Shown: positions 63,642 to 64,000 of the stretch, piece after piece
Position numbering within the stretch: position 1 is the stretch's first letter
How the letters are laid out: each line of letters begins with the position of its first letter
DNA from: an uncultured Planctomycetaceae bacterium
GTDB taxonomy: Bacteria > Planctomycetota > Planctomycetia > Pirellulales > PALSA-1355
Length of the DNA stretch: 64,000 bases
NCBI GenBank assembly: GCA_963785305.1
Contig: CAWAUV010000007.1
Coordinates: forward strand, 1,472,001-1,536,000
Reading direction: 5' to 3'
Made by a program: the position numbers and the translations under genes
The notes under the pieces: generated by a model
What the model was told of the DNA's origin: nothing
Seen by the model: the letters and a program-made list of their open reading frames with translations, nothing else
The model's database searches: none

Positions 63642-64000
63642 TGTCGCTCCTCGGCAAATGACTCCAGGGCGCGATCGCTCGCGCCGGTCGAATTGGCCCA
63701 ATAACGCCTCTCGCCTCGCCAGGCGGCGCATCGCGGAGCCCTTCGATGCAAATGCGCGGCTTCTCGCAATTTTTTTTCGACGCGCTGAAGCTTCGGCATA
63801 TTTCACCCAACCGCGAGATGCGAGGTCTCCCGAATGCGCCGCGGCTGCCGTGGGGGCCGTTTTGCATGCCTGAAATGCCGCGGGGGGAGTGGTTCGCTCG
63901 CCCGGCGCCCCCTCGCTGGCCACGGGCTCTCGGGAGTAGCCATGCGCGCGCGGCGGTTCTATAATCCATTTGGCGGCCCGGCGATTCGAGGCCGCCCCCC

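Noticed and set aside
1..64000. tRNA, rRNA, integrase, transposase, phage or defence genes
   Set aside because: No supporting motifs recognised on either strand.

Overview
High-GC bacterial chromosomal segment, most likely Planctomycetota (Pirellulales-like). The evidence is a DUF1559/H-X9-DG prepilin-like gene, a planctomycete-type J-domain-like Pro-rich protein, a Flp pilin with the G|PTAVEY cleavage motif and Cys-rich small exported proteins. It holds about 46 CDS. Housekeeping genes are ptsI, trpS, pdxJ, mgtE, degP, rnc, lexA, hemC, lolC/D, ilvE, serS, dapL and cysC. It also carries the 5' end of a FAAL-ACP-KS polyketide synthase with an Sfp PPTase, a Tat-exported oxalate decarboxylase and a partial Tad/Flp pilus operon. 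Two accessory clusters are the best candidates for undescribed systems: (i) a ceramide-glucosyltransferase/HpnI-like GT, a B12-type radical SAM enzyme and a radical SAM/SPASM enzyme with an atypical CX8CX2C motif and a duplicated N-terminal domain (23.9-29.0 kb); (ii) a prenyltransferase-fold protein, a Tat-DUF362, a YfhO-like GT-C, a GtrB-like GT and a second GT-C-like membrane protein, divergent from the pilus operon (36.9-43.8 kb). Two apparent pseudo-enzymes (CbiA-like without Walker A, GH10-like without catalytic Glu) and several families of intergenic palindromic REP/MITE-like elements are also present. About 20 genes, including essential ones, carry small frameshifts, most likely long-read consensus errors, so they are reported as intact CDS with inferred boundaries. 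I saw no tRNA, rRNA, CRISPR array, transposase or phage gene. All family calls are from motif recognition by eye, not database searches.
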